A DNA stretch of 63,907 nucleotides, filler included, from Craspedostauros australis (lineage: Eukaryota): assembly GCA_030167865.1 (NCBI GenBank). It is 11 parts of 11 records of this genome, joined end to end, with 100 filler letters (N's around TTAATTAATTAA, not from the genome) between each part and the next. Parts side by side here need not be neighbours in the genome. Positions count along the whole stretch, not along the records: positions 26,321 to 39,413 come from JALAGF010002690.1; positions 39,514 to 40,690 come from JALAGF010002691.1; positions 40,791 to 42,370 come from JALAGF010002692.1; 8 more parts are not named here. One strand, written 5' to 3'. Position 1 is the first letter of the stretch; every line of letters begins with the position of its first letter. Shown here one piece after another: positions 30,415-42,470 of the stretch. The translations under genes were made by a program, and so were the position numbers. The notes below the pieces were generated by a model, which saw nothing but the letters and a program-made list of their open reading frames with translations, was not told the DNA's origin and did not search any database.

Positions 30415-31653
30415 TCATTCCAAGCTGTTGCCATACCGCCGGCCGTCTCCATACGAGGAATCCATTCTCCTTTTCCTGTTCTGCTCCTGATGCGTCTGAT
30501 GGAACTCTTCCCACTTCTTCAGGTACATCTTCCCGGCCTGAATCCGCAACCACCGACCCATGAATTCGTTGCCGTCCATCTCGATTGCCTTCGCCACAGC
30601 CTTGGGACTCGTGAACAGCACGCCGCAATATCCCTTCGACCGCTGGCTGTCCTCAAAGGTCGGAAACGTGATCTCCACTATCTTGCCGCAGTCCTGGAAG
30701 TAGTTCTCGATGTCCTGCTGCGTCGTCTCGTAGTTCATGCCAAACACGCGCACCGACAACGGCTGTCGTTCTTTGTGCTGCTCCTGCTGCTGCTGTGTGG
30801 TGGCCTCCTGCGATTTGCGTTTGGCGGCCTTCTTTTGCAGAACCTTTTGGCGCAATGCCTCATCATGGCGGTAGGGACAGGTTTCCTTCTTCTTGCATTT
30901 GCCTTTGGTCTTCCACGAGATGCAATCCTTCTCCGCGTTGGATCGTTTCGTGGTGGATTTGGCGTCGTCCACTTTGGGTGTGGCAACGTCATGCGAAAAG
31001 GGACAATCATCGCCGCGCGAACACTTGCCGGTCTTCTTGAATTGGAAGCATTTCTTCTTCTTCTTTGTCGCCGTCTTGTCTCCCAGCAGCTTGACGCCGC
31101 CAGGACCGACGTGCTGGAATTTGCAGGCGTCGCCGTAGGGACATCGGAATTCGGACCACAGATAGCAAACCTCCTGGCGAGTCTCATCGGCCTTGTCGAT
31201 GACTTGGTACGGGCGCAGGTACATGGTGTGCTGCTTGTGCGAGGCTGGTTTGCGTCCACCACGGACGGTTGTGTGATCCCGCAGCAACGTATCCAGCACT
31301 GCCTGCGATGACACCGTCACGAACCCAAATCCGCGATGCGTCGGCTTTTCATCGCCATGCTCCCCACCATGTTCATGGTTGCTGTTGTCATTGCTGCTTG
31401 CGTTGCCGGAGTACTCATTTTCGTTCGATTTGTTGGCATCGTCATCGCCAGAGGGATCTCTGGGGTAGATCAGCACGACCTCCGTGATGGCATCCTCCTG
31501 CTTCAGCTCATCTCGCAGGATCCTCGCAACGATGTCCTCATCGAACGATGTCGGAACCCGTGAAATGTGGAGCTTGAATTCCTTCGCTTCAGCATCATCG
31601 TGGATGTTTGTTTCCGCGGCATCGGCGGTGGCGGTATCATCGGTAGCGTCCAT
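30415..31653 (-). CDS. RNA-binding protein: RRM - 3x CCCH zinc finger - RRM (~412 aa)
   Basis: RRM motifs LHISRVP...RGFGFVT and VRVFGMNY...KGYCGVLF. CCCH fingers CYLWSEFRCPYGDACKFQH, CFQFKKTGKCSRGDDCPFSH and CISWKTKGKCKKKETCPYRH. Confidence 0.9.
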   Translation of the reverse strand: MDATDDTATADAAETNIHDDAEAKEFKLHISRVPTSFDEDIVARILRDELKQEDAITEVVLIYPRDPSGDDDANKSNENEYSGNASSNDNSNHEHGGEHGDEKPTHRGFGFVTVSSQAVLDTLLRDHTTVRGGRKPASHKQHTMYLRPYQVIDKADETRQEVCYLWSEFRCPYGDACKFQHVGPGGVKLLGDKTATKKKKKCFQFKKTGKCSRGDDCPFSHDVATPKVDDAKSTTKRSNAEKDCISWKTKGKCKKKETCPYRHDEALRQKVLQKKAAKRKSQEATTQQQQEQHKERQPLSVRVFGMNYETTQQDIENYFQDCGKIVEITFPTFEDSQRSKGYCGVLFTSPKAVAKAIEMDGNEFMGRWLRIQAGKMYLKKWEEFHQTHQEQNRKRRMDSSYGDGRRYGNSLE

Positions 31654-34307
31654 AATAATGCAGTTTCTTGTCCGGCGTGTGTGCGGATGGATGGATGTGG
31701 CAGTGGATGTGTGTGTTGGTATGTGCAGGTATTGATGAGGATGCCCCAGGGTTCGGGAGATGGGGTGCTGCCGATGCGCGTCCGCCGAAGACGGGCAGAG
31801 AGAGCAGAGAAAGAGAGACGTGTCGAGGTCGCGGTTTGGGGTGGATTGTTTGCCATCGCTTTTGGTTGGGCATGGTATCATGGTCTGCCCGTCGTTCGGT
31901 ATCCTTCGTACAATCGAGTCGTGGATAAATCGACCATTTGTGCTGAAAGCGCCAACACAACCAATTGGTGCTCACGTTTTGGGCCACGGCTTGGTTTGAC
32001 GTTCCTCGCTGTTCGTTTCATTTTCAGTGGCGGCGGAAGGGAATGAGAGCGGGCGAGCACAGGAATGTGCATGCCACACGCTGCACAGGTACGAACTATT
32101 AGTGCTCTGGATCCAGGGCATGGAAGTGCGAGTATGGCACGAGGAACAATGAGCCTACCCGCGAGAAGCGAGATGGAGGAGAAGACGAGCTTTCAGGAGG
32201 TGGCGTCTTTGTGCAGGATTCGAACAAGATGCCCTCGCCATGAGATGATGGCATCTGTCCGGACAGAACTGCAGCCAGGCGGCGCTCCGTTCCTTGCAAC
32301 CCGTGTGCTCTTATCGGAGTATTCCATAAATCCAAGGAACGTGATTGGGATCAGAAGGTTGATAGGGGAAGAAGGCTGTTTTCGAAAGCTCAATGAACAC
32401 ATTGAGACGCGCATGATGCGTTCTGTCCGTTCCAGGCAACTTCGTACATGCCCGCCAGGGTAGAAGTGGCCCCAGCGTGCCGTGATACGCTTCATCTGCG
32501 ACGCACTCAACCCACATCCAATACCGCAATGGCCCATCAGAAGCGGAACCGTAGCATCTCGAAGGGCCATTGATCCCATTCCGCGAACAGCACGACCTAT
32601 TCTAGAGCTCGCGCATGGATCTACGAGTACGAACTTGCCCCGGAATTGCAGAAACCTGGGATCCATCGCACCGATGAGCACGAGAACGACAACAGCAACA
32701 GCAACAGCAACAGCAACGACATGGACATCGACAAGGATGCGGAGGCGATAGCGGCAGCAATGACGTCCACAGCCGCACGCGCAGCCGTGGTGCTCTGCCG
32801 TGCCGCATACCTCCCAGCTACGGATTCATTCTTAAACGCCCGCGGATGTCAGCGTCTTGCATCAATGACCACTATGCATCACCTCGACGAAACGAAGTCT
32901 CGGTCAGGCGTAGTCTTCGGTTTGTCAATGTCCCTTTGCATGGACCGGCGCTGAATGCGTCGGTCTTGGCTGACTGGCATCTAACGATGCCTGTTGACGA
33001 GCGACTGTCGCCAATGGTCATCAGTTGGTTTCATCCATCATCCATCATCTTGTGGGTCGCCCTTGTGGCACCTCTGCATTCGTTCCATGATCATCCAGGA
33101 GCGGATTGATTGAGTGGTATGTATAGTACAATACGAGCGATGGTGTCAGACGCGATAGCACTCAATGCAGAACGCTCCCCCTCCCCGAAGAAAGAGGAGG
33201 TTCGTCATGGCTTTCTGCGAGGGTGCATCCTCTCTCCGCGTTAGTACGAATACGGGCTACGAACTGCTCTGACCGATTCTCTGGCCACAAATTTCTCTCA
33301 GATACGCATGGCCGCCAATACAAATCCGCTCTCGCGCGTACATTCCTGTGAGGACGAAGTAGGATAAATGCTGATACCGTGTCCTCTCCTTCAAAGAGAC
33401 TTTACCATCAAGGAAGACATTGTGAAGGTAGTGGTTTTGTATCAATCCACATTGGTTGCCGCTCTGATTTCTTTCTGCTCTTGCGCGATCCGTGCTTCTC
33501 GCGCAAGGGGAGGAATGTCATCGGTGACGTCCACCGTACACACCACCTGCGCTTCTATGATTCTGGGGAGCGCAAATAAATCGCGCCCAAGGAATCATCG
33601 TCTCATTCTGGTCAACCAGCCACGAACACGGGCATGAGTATCGTTTTGGGTTCGTTTGGTGTTGTGGGAGATGCTCTCGTGTCCTTACCAAATGGCACGC
33701 AGAGCATCACGAGAATTTTCCCAGTAGGCGATGGGAACTGCGAAGGGACGCTTATGACTCTCTGATTGCGAACGGAATAATCCACTTTACAATCGCGTGG
33801 AGCCCGATGAACGACCAAAACGACGACCCAAACAAGAACTCCCAATCGCGTTGATGTTCTCTTCTGCTCCCTCCTTTGGGCCCATTCTGTGCATTTCTGA
33901 CTTCCCTGGGGGAGGGAACGAGGGGTTGTAACGATGACTGTTGGTGGTTGAGCGCGATGTTCGTGACGATGGGAGCAAGGCCTGTCACCTTGACACGACC
34001 TCCTTCTTACGGATGCTGCATGTACCTCCATCATCCTCCGACATACCGGTTCGACGCTGTTTATCAAGCGACCCTCACGCATTTGGACGCGTGATGGCAA
34101 AGCGGGTTCGGGGAAAAGCCAAAGGAGGAAATTGTAGAGAACAAGTAGAACAGAGATCACCAGCAGCTGCAGGAGAAACCGATTGTGCTCACAAATCGCA
34201 ATCATCGACAATCAACAGCATCAAGAAAAGCACCAACGAGAAGGCAAAGCAAAGCAGACCAAATTGAACATCAAGAGCAAGCTCGGACGGAAAGCAAAGC
34301 AATCATC

Positions 34308-37300
34308 ATGAAGCGACCGGACGAACGCATGGGCCACACGGGGAACTATGCTGACGATACCACGCCTGATTCCTCCGATGGAGATGGGGCCGCATCCGTC
34401 GGATCGGACAGCGGCGATCAATCATCGTACGCCTACAGCATGAGCGGAAGGCAGACAATCTCTTCGTCTGCATCCACGGCGTCCGAGGAGAAATCAGTAG
34501 GGAGATGGAGGCCATCCAGGTGGCTCCTTGGCTCGAAGACGATCATGTGCGTCATCCTCCTGCTGGCCGCAGTGTCAAGCGCGATTGTCGTCTACAGGGT
34601 CGCGAGCGACGAGGAGCATCAAGGCTACAAGACAAGGGTAAGTCCATGCATGCGTGCATCATCACGCACACATTCATCAATAGCCCATCGAATCAGATCA
34701 TCTCGCCATGGTCAAACGCGATGGTATCGTACGTGTATTAGTATGCTGCTGATCGCATGGGGATCACGGGATACCCCGTTTGGTACACGAACGATGCACG
34801 CCCAGCGACCAGGCCCAACATCACGACGAACTCGATGGGCTTCCACGAACTCACATTCTCCTTCTCCTTCCCGTTTCTCTGCTTTTGTGCTTGTGTGGCA
34901 CACGATTGAATGTGCCCATGTTCGTATGATGCGAACATCTCATCGTGCCTCTCTCCACCGGCCTATTCATCTCCTACCATACGTACGTGTACCGCGCTCT
35001 ACCATCACCCATCACCCGCTACCCACTACTGATGAGAATGCCCACAGTTCAGGGATGTTGCCAACAGTCTCCATGACGTCTCGGAACTGAACGCCAAGGC
35101 CATTTTGGAGACCAGCGAGGCGGTCGCTCTTCAGATGACCGCCTTCTTCGAGATCCAGAACGTAACCTGGCCGTTCGTCTCCATCCCTACCTTCGAGGCA
35201 CAAGCACAACAGCTGGCCGAGTTCACGGGGACGAACTCTGTCGGCATCAACGTGCTGGTGAAGGAAGACGAGGTCGACGCCTACGAGAAGTACGTCAACG
35301 ATAACTTGGATTGGCTGGATATGGCCAAGAAGTTCGAAGGTGACGAAGGCGGCGAGCGGCCGCCGTATTCGCCAATCATATACGTCACTGCTGGCGGAGG
35401 TCTCGTGAAGGGTGCAGAGCGAACTGACACGGGCTACTTCGCACCCTACCGTCACGTCAGCCCCATTCGGCTCACTCCGTACGCCTACAATCTGGATGCG
35501 CTCGCTGTAGAGCCAACCAAGACCACCATCGAGAACATCATGAAACTCAAGACGACCATCTTCTCGACGGTTAACAATCTCGACAACCCAGCCGAAATCC
35601 GCCGGAAGTGGCCATCCTCCTTCCTCGGCGTCCCCATCTTTGATTCAATCTTCGAATCCGAACGGGCGCTGAAAGCTGTCCTCAGTGTCAATGTGAATTG
35701 GCATGAATTCTTCGAGAACGTCGTGACCGAAGACATCGACCAGGTGTACGTGGTCATTAGCAACACGTGCGGACAAGAGTTCTCCTACCTCATCGATGGT
35801 CCTGAGGTCATGTACCTCGGGAATCACAGCATCCACGAAGACCTAGACGGCAACGTCGAGCATGTGTACGATTTCAGCGCCATCAAGAGCTTCGAGGACT
35901 GCACCTTCCAGATGCACGTCTACCCTTCATCCGAATTCTACGACACATACCACACCAGCGAGCCTCTCAGAAGCACACTCATGGTTATCGGCACCTTCCT
36001 GCTGACCGCGATCGTCTTCCTCATGTACGACGTCTTCGTGGAGCGGCGTCAGGCCTACGTGATGAAGAAGGCCCAGCGCTCCGACGCTCTGATCAACTCG
36101 CTGTTCCCAGCCAGCGTCAAGGATCGTCTAATGCCCACCGCGGCCAAGAAACCAGAACCAAGGTTCTTCCCATTCCGCTCACATTTTGGCGGCGCAGCCA
36201 ACCCAGAGTCCTCATCCGACGAAGGCAACAAAGGTCTTGGCAAGGGCCAGTTCATGGACCCTGGATTGGATCTGATGGCATCAACAACGAACAAGCCAAT
36301 GCCCATCGCCGATCTCTTCCTCCACGTTACTGTCATGTTTGCGGACATTGTGGGCTTCACAGGTACGTGAGCAAGATCAATCATTCCGTGGTTCCTCTTG
36401 TGTTGTGCTGTGTTGGTGCAGTCACAGACAAGCTTTCCATAGTACGCGGAAGGAACACGCCGCAAACCCTCGTCTACAAGAAGAGCACCACGGGCTCCAA
36501 TCCCCCGCAGTATGTTTGTCCCTTCTTGTCAAACATTAGCGCGCGGTACTCCCAACTTGGAAACACTTGCCCTCGCATCACGCTCCAATCACCCTCCGAT
36601 CACTTAACCCCTGTCGATCACGAGATATCTCGAACCCTCACACATTCCTTCACAACTCATGGTCCACTTTCTACTTGCATCCTTCGCATTGGTCCATTCT
36701 CGTACCTTGAACGCAATACCAAACCGAACACGATACGATACGATGACACACGGTACGACGACACACCACACTATTCGACCATGTGATACAACAACACAGC
36801 CTGGTCAAGTATGCGAGAACCGGCGCAGGTCTTCTCCTTGCTGGAGACGCTGTATTCGTCCTTTGATCGCATCGCGAAAAAGCTCAAGGTGTTCAAGGTC
36901 GAAACGGTGGGCGACTGCTACGTGGCTGCGGCTGGATTGCCAGATCCAACCCCCGACCACGCTGTCATCATGGTGCGCTTTGCGAAGCTCTGCGTCTCGA
37001 AGCTGCGAGTCGTCATGAGGGATCTGGCTGCCAAGCTGGGCCCAGACACCGGCGACCTCACTATGCGTTTTGGACTTCACTCCGGCCCAGTGACCGCAGG
37101 TGTCCTCCGTGGCGAGAAGTCAAGATTTCAACTCTTCGGTGACACCGTCAACACCGCCGCACGTATCGAGGCGCTCGGAGCGCCCAACAAGATCCAGGTG
37201 TCGCAGGACACTGCCGACGCCCTCACTGCCGCTGGCAAGAAGGCTTGGCTGGAGCCACGCGCGGACCGAATCTGCGCCAAGGGTAAGGGTGAGCTCCAGA

Positions 37301-39092
37301 CATATTGGATCATCCAGAAGATCCACGAGGAGATGCCCATCCTCCAAGCCATGGATACTGTCATCATGAATCAGGTGAAGGTTGGCAACGCACACCTCCA
37401 TGTCGATACACAGCACGAGTCATCTGAGCAATCGGCAACATCAACAACGCACGATTCTTCCAGAGCTTTGGCCAAGAAAATGTCGAGCGAGTCCCTGAAC
37501 ACATTTACCGAGCAACATTCGTCTGGGAATCCAAAGCACACCAACTCCTTCGTGGGAAGGCGATACGGAGCGATGTCGAACACCTCGCAGCTGGAGGTCC
37601 AGTGGAATGCCGATGTGATGAAGGGCATGATCAGGCGAATCCTTGCAATGCGCTCGAAGGACCAGCTCAAGCTGCTCAATAGTCCCAAGAGCCGCCATGG
37701 TGACATCAAGTTGCCCCAACGCCATGGAACAGCCCTCGACGAAGTGCAGGAAGTCATCAAGCTCCCCAGCGAATCGCTGCCGTACCAGCAGGATCCGTCC
37801 GCGATAGAGCTGAGCCCCGCCGTAAGGTCGCAGGTCGATCACTTCGTCTTCACCATCTCCCAAATGTACCGATCCAACCCGTTCCATTCCTTCTCGCATG
37901 CCAGCCACGTGGTCCAATCCACCGTCAAGCTCCTTTCCCGAATCGTGAGGAAGGAGGCGATTGACTACAACGACATGTGCTACAAGGAGAGCAACGGAGA
38001 CGCGCTTCACAAGTTCACCTTCGGCATCACGTCCGATCCCATCACGCAATTCGCATGCGTGCTTGCTGCGTTGATTCATGATGTTGATCACACCGGCCTT
38101 CCCAACTCCCAGTTGGTGAAGGAGGGGGTGGATATCGCCAGCAAGTACAAGAACAAGAGCGTTGCAGAGCAAAATTCCTTCGATATTGCATGGGATCTGA
38201 TGATGTCCCCGCAGTACCGTGAGATGCGAGAGTGCATCTACTCCACCAAGCAGGAGCTCATGCGATTCCGCCAGCTGCTGGTGAACGCCGTGCTTGCTAC
38301 GGACATCATGGACAAAGAGCTCAACGCCCTCCGCAAAGCCCGTTGGGCCAAAGCATTCGACAAGCCACAAGCCAAACACACACGCTTGGACCATTCCGGC
38401 ACCCTTACGAGCGATTCATCGAAGGGAAGCAACAGCGAGGAAGATGCCAACCGAATGGCCACCATTGTCATTGAGCATCTCATCCAGGCCTCGGATGTCT
38501 CGCACACGATGCAACGTAAGTCAGATCGCTTTGTGACAGTTTCGTGAAATGAGTTGAGTTGATGTGATGCATGTGATGTGATTGTGTGATTACGTGCTTG
38601 CGGGTTCGTGTGTGCTCGAGCACCTCTTTGGCAGCATGCCAGCTGTACGATCACGATTCGGCAGCAACATGATCTCAACTATATTTCCCTTTCGCATTGC
38701 TCTACTCTACATATCTTGACATTCACGCACTGCCTGTGCTCCGATTGTATCCCTGCCATTCATCCTCTCCAACCTTCTGCTGTGCAACCACAGATTGGCA
38801 CGTCTACCAAAAGTGGAATGAGAAGCTGTTCCATGAAATGTACGTCGCGTACAAGGCCGGCAAGGCAGAGAACGACCCATCCTTGGGTTGGTACAAGGGC
38901 GAGCTCGGGTTCTTCGATTTCTACATCATCCCGTTGGCGAAGAAGTTGAAGGATTGCGGCGTGTTCGGCGTATCGAGCGACGAGTACTTGAACTACGCGC
39001 AGGCCAACCGCCAGGAATGGGCAACACGGGGTCAGGACGTGGTGGCGAGATATATCCGTAAGGAAAGTTTCGGTCCTCAGGAGGACATTTAG
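34308..39092 (+). CDS. Receptor-type class III nucleotidyl (guanylate-like) cyclase - phosphodiesterase fusion; exons 34308-34637, 35048-36362, 36800-38515, 38794-39092 (~1219 aa)
   Basis: TM1, an extracellular sensor region, then TM2. Cyclase motifs FADIVGFT|AWSS, KVETVGDCY and RFQLFGDTVNTAARIE. PDE motifs NPFHSFSHASHV, IHDVDHTG, ATD and QASDVSHTMQ|HW. Three GT-AG introns give 3660 nt in frame. Confidence 0.92.
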
Positions 39093-39862
39093 TGCTATCT
39101 GTCCTCCTGAGGACATTTATTTTTGACATGCATCGTAACTGTNNNNNNNNNNNNNNNNNNNNTATCTGTCCTCCTGAGGACATTTAATTTTGGCGTTTGA
39201 CTGGTTGGAACACGTATCCACGACACAAATTATGAGTGTCGCGACAATTCATCGCGTTGTGGCTGGTGCCATCTGCTTCGTTCTTTTTTGCCATCTGCAC
39301 ATCCACACGCCAATCTGTTCAATAGTATTCCAGAATATTATTCTATATTATTATATTCTATAATGTTCTACAACATCTGCTTTCAGTTGCGTCACTTATG
39401 GGTGTTGGGGGGANNNNNNNNNNNNNNNNNNNNNNNNNNNNNNNNNNNNNNNNNNNNTTAATTAATTAANNNNNNNNNNNNNNNNNNNNNNNNNNNNNNN
39501 NNNNNNNNNNNNNGAGTGACAACGGAGACAGTCTCCTCCCATAAATCCATCATTAGCACACACACACACACACATCCTCCCGTACAGATACTGACAAAGG
39601 CATTACAGCAAAATCGGCGTCCACTATGATTCTTATATTTCTTTCTAGTTTATGAACATGTGGGTGGCTGGGTCGAAAGCCCCGTATCTTCGTATCCCCT
39701 CCCCCCCACCCCCCGCCCCACGCTCTGCCCCGCTACCCCACCCACCGCCGCCCCCCCAGCCACCACACACAAAAAGAAAAAAACAAAAAACGAACTCCGC
39801 TCTACTTTGTTTTTTTTTTTTTTTTTCTTTTACTTTTGCGTGGGCGGGGCGGCCGCCCAACG

Positions 39863-39893
<31 letters not shown>

Positions 39894-40816
39894 AGGACCG
39901 ACTGCAGGTCCCGTCACTCAAGTGGGTCCTAACTCGACCTCCTCCCTCCATGTTACCCACAACAACAGGATGAAGCGATGGAAGCACTGTCTACCTGTGT
40001 GTTTTAGATTGCACGACCAGTACCCTGTGCTACACTTGTGCCTACCTATGATAGAACTGAATGGACAAAAGTTGAGGAGAGGAGAGTAGATTGGAAAAGA
40101 GTACTCCAGGGTGAATGTTGACAAGACCATGACGGATGAAAGGATCAACGGTTTCCCGCAATTACGTGCACGTTGCTTTTCTTGATTGGCGCGGATCCTC
40201 TTCTCCACTCACGACTTTCATGCATGCACCTGCCATGGCACCACGAGCATACTATACACAGTCGGAGAGAGAGAAACGCGACATCTCCAAATCAAACTGC
40301 CAACTCTCTCTCTCTCTCTCTCTACAGACCCAACGAAGGTTAAAGACTATCTTCTAAATTCAAGGAGGTTGACTACCTGGTCTCTGCTCCTCGCATGCCC
40401 CAAGTCTCCATCTTTGACCGTTTGCCAATGTGGTCTTCTGGTGCCCTGCGCATCTTACCGTCCATCCTGTCGCGCCCTGTTGTGTCAATGACAGACGGTG
40501 CGGTGGACGAGGCGTCATCGCTCTCTAGGGGACGCAGACATCATTTCGGTCACAACACTGTGTGCAGCATGTGCAATCGGTCTCCGGAGGCAGGATGCCG
40601 TCGCCTGGTTCCTTGCAGTCTGAACTAAACAAAGAGAATTGGAATGATCCATCGCAAAACATTTCGGTGAGGTTGCCTGTGATCGAGTTCNNNNNNNNNN
40701 NNNNNNNNNNNNNNNNNNNNNNNNNNNNNNNNNNTTAATTAATTAANNNNNNNNNNNNNNNNNNNNNNNNNNNNNNNNNNNNNNNNNNNNTGCAGCTCAC
40801 ATTTTTCTGTGTCACA

Positions 40817-42370
40817 ATGATCAAACGTGGGAGTTGCGGTAATGTAGAATATCCCGACGTTCGGCTCCTTACTCTTGGGAGGTGCGGCAATATGGTGTTT
40901 CAGAACACTCGATTCCTGACAGTTGTTACTGTGGTGTTTCTCGTCGTCGGTGTAGCTGGTGCCATTGCAGCAGGAGTAGTGTTCTCCCCCAGTGGCGAGA
41001 ACAGCAGCAACAGAAACATAGATGGCAGCAGGAGTAATCCGCCCACCGCAGATGGCCCCCATGATCGGCCATCACAAAATCCAACCCACACACCCACGGA
41101 TATACCGAGCGATCTACCCCCAGATATACCAAGTGGTCTGCCCTCGGATATACCAAGTGGTCTGCCCTCGGATATACCGAGTGATCTACCCTCGGATGTA
41201 CCAAGTGATCTACCCTCAGATGTACCGAGTGATTTACCCTCGTCGAACCCAACTCACACACCCACACATATACTGAGTGATCTACCCTCGTCGAACCCAA
41301 CCCTCACACCCACGCATATACCGAGTGATCGACCCTCACAAAGTCCAACCCTCACACCCACGGATACACCGAGTGATCTACCCTCGTCGAACCCAACCCT
41401 CACATCCACGCATATACCGAGTGATCGACCCTCACAAAGTCCAACCCTCACACCCACGGATACACCGAGTGATCTACCCTCGTCGAACCCAACCCTCACA
41501 CCCACGCATAAACCGAGTGATCGACACTCGTCGAACCCAACGTACAGCTTCGATCAATCGAATGCTTTCTTCACCATTTGGGAGGTGCTCGCGCCCATAC
41601 TCCAAGAAGAGCCTACTTTCGTCGATACAGCCATACTCGCCAGCACAATCAGTACCGCGCATCGAACGCTGGACAGGATGGCAAACATCAATCACCCATA
41701 CCTCACATCAATGATCGCGGAAGATGTACAAGCCAATGCCAAGAGCCTACTGAAGTACTATGCAGTTGTGAGCATATACTTTTCACTCGATGGAGCCAAT
41801 TGGAACGACAAGATGGGCTTTCTATCAGATGCTGACGTGTGCGACTGGCAATCTTCCTCTGGTGGTGTGACATGCGTTGATGGTCATGTGGTAAAAGTAG
41901 CTTTGGGTGACAGAAACATGCGGGGCACGCTCGATCCGGCCCTGTATCATCTCTCACACCTTGAGAAATGGTCAATGGAAATGAATTTCATCACTCGCGG
42001 ACAGATCGATGGTATCATCTTCAGTCATATTGGCATGTTGAGCATGCTCTCAGAGCTAACTCTAAAATACATGGGACTGCAAGGTGCGTTTCCGTCACAA
42101 ATGTATCAACTTCCACAATTGACACATCTTGACCTGGCTGCCAACCACTTCGCTGGACCCCTTCCTTCTCAGATTGGTCGATTGACAGCTTTGCGACATC
42201 TTGGCCTGGAGAAAAATGCCTTCATTGTGCGTCTTCCATCCGAGATTGGCCAACTCACAGCTCTCACCACTCTTGATCTAGGATGGACTGACTTCACTGG
42301 GCAGCTTCCATCCGAGATTGGTCAACTCACAGCTCTCACCACTCTTGATCTAGGATGGACTGACTTCACT
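40817..42370 (+). CDS. Leucine-rich-repeat surface protein (N-terminal TM, Pro/Ser/Thr stalk, LRRNT, plant-type LRRs), truncated by contig ends
   Basis: Hydrophobic helix FLTVVTVVFLVVGVAGAIAAGVVF and PSDLP repeats. LRR cap W...CDW...GVTC, followed by LPSEIGQLTALTTLDLGWTDFTG repeats. Confidence 0.88.
41098..41540 (+). repeat. Coding tandem repeats: 24-bp (PSDLPSDI) units, then alternating 48-bp units forming a 96-bp higher-order repeat
   Basis: PSDLPSSNPTLTPTHI and PSDRPSQSPTLTPTDT alternate, with near-identical DNA. Confidence 0.9.
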
Positions 42371-42470
42371 NNNNNNNNNNNNNNNNNNNNNNNNNNNNNN
42401 NNNNNNNNNNNNNNTTAATTAATTAANNNNNNNNNNNNNNNNNNNNNNNNNNNNNNNNNNNNNNNNNNNN

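Noticed and set aside
39514..39900. Poly-C/poly-T/poly-A tract with Pro- and Gly-rich ORFs
   Set aside because: Looks like low-quality read-end sequence, with no credible coding or structural signal.
41098..41540. CRISPR-like regularly spaced repeats (also the ankyrin units at ~47245-47905)
   Set aside because: Unit lengths are multiples of 3, lie in frame within proteins and have no unique spacers. The host is eukaryotic and there are no cas genes.
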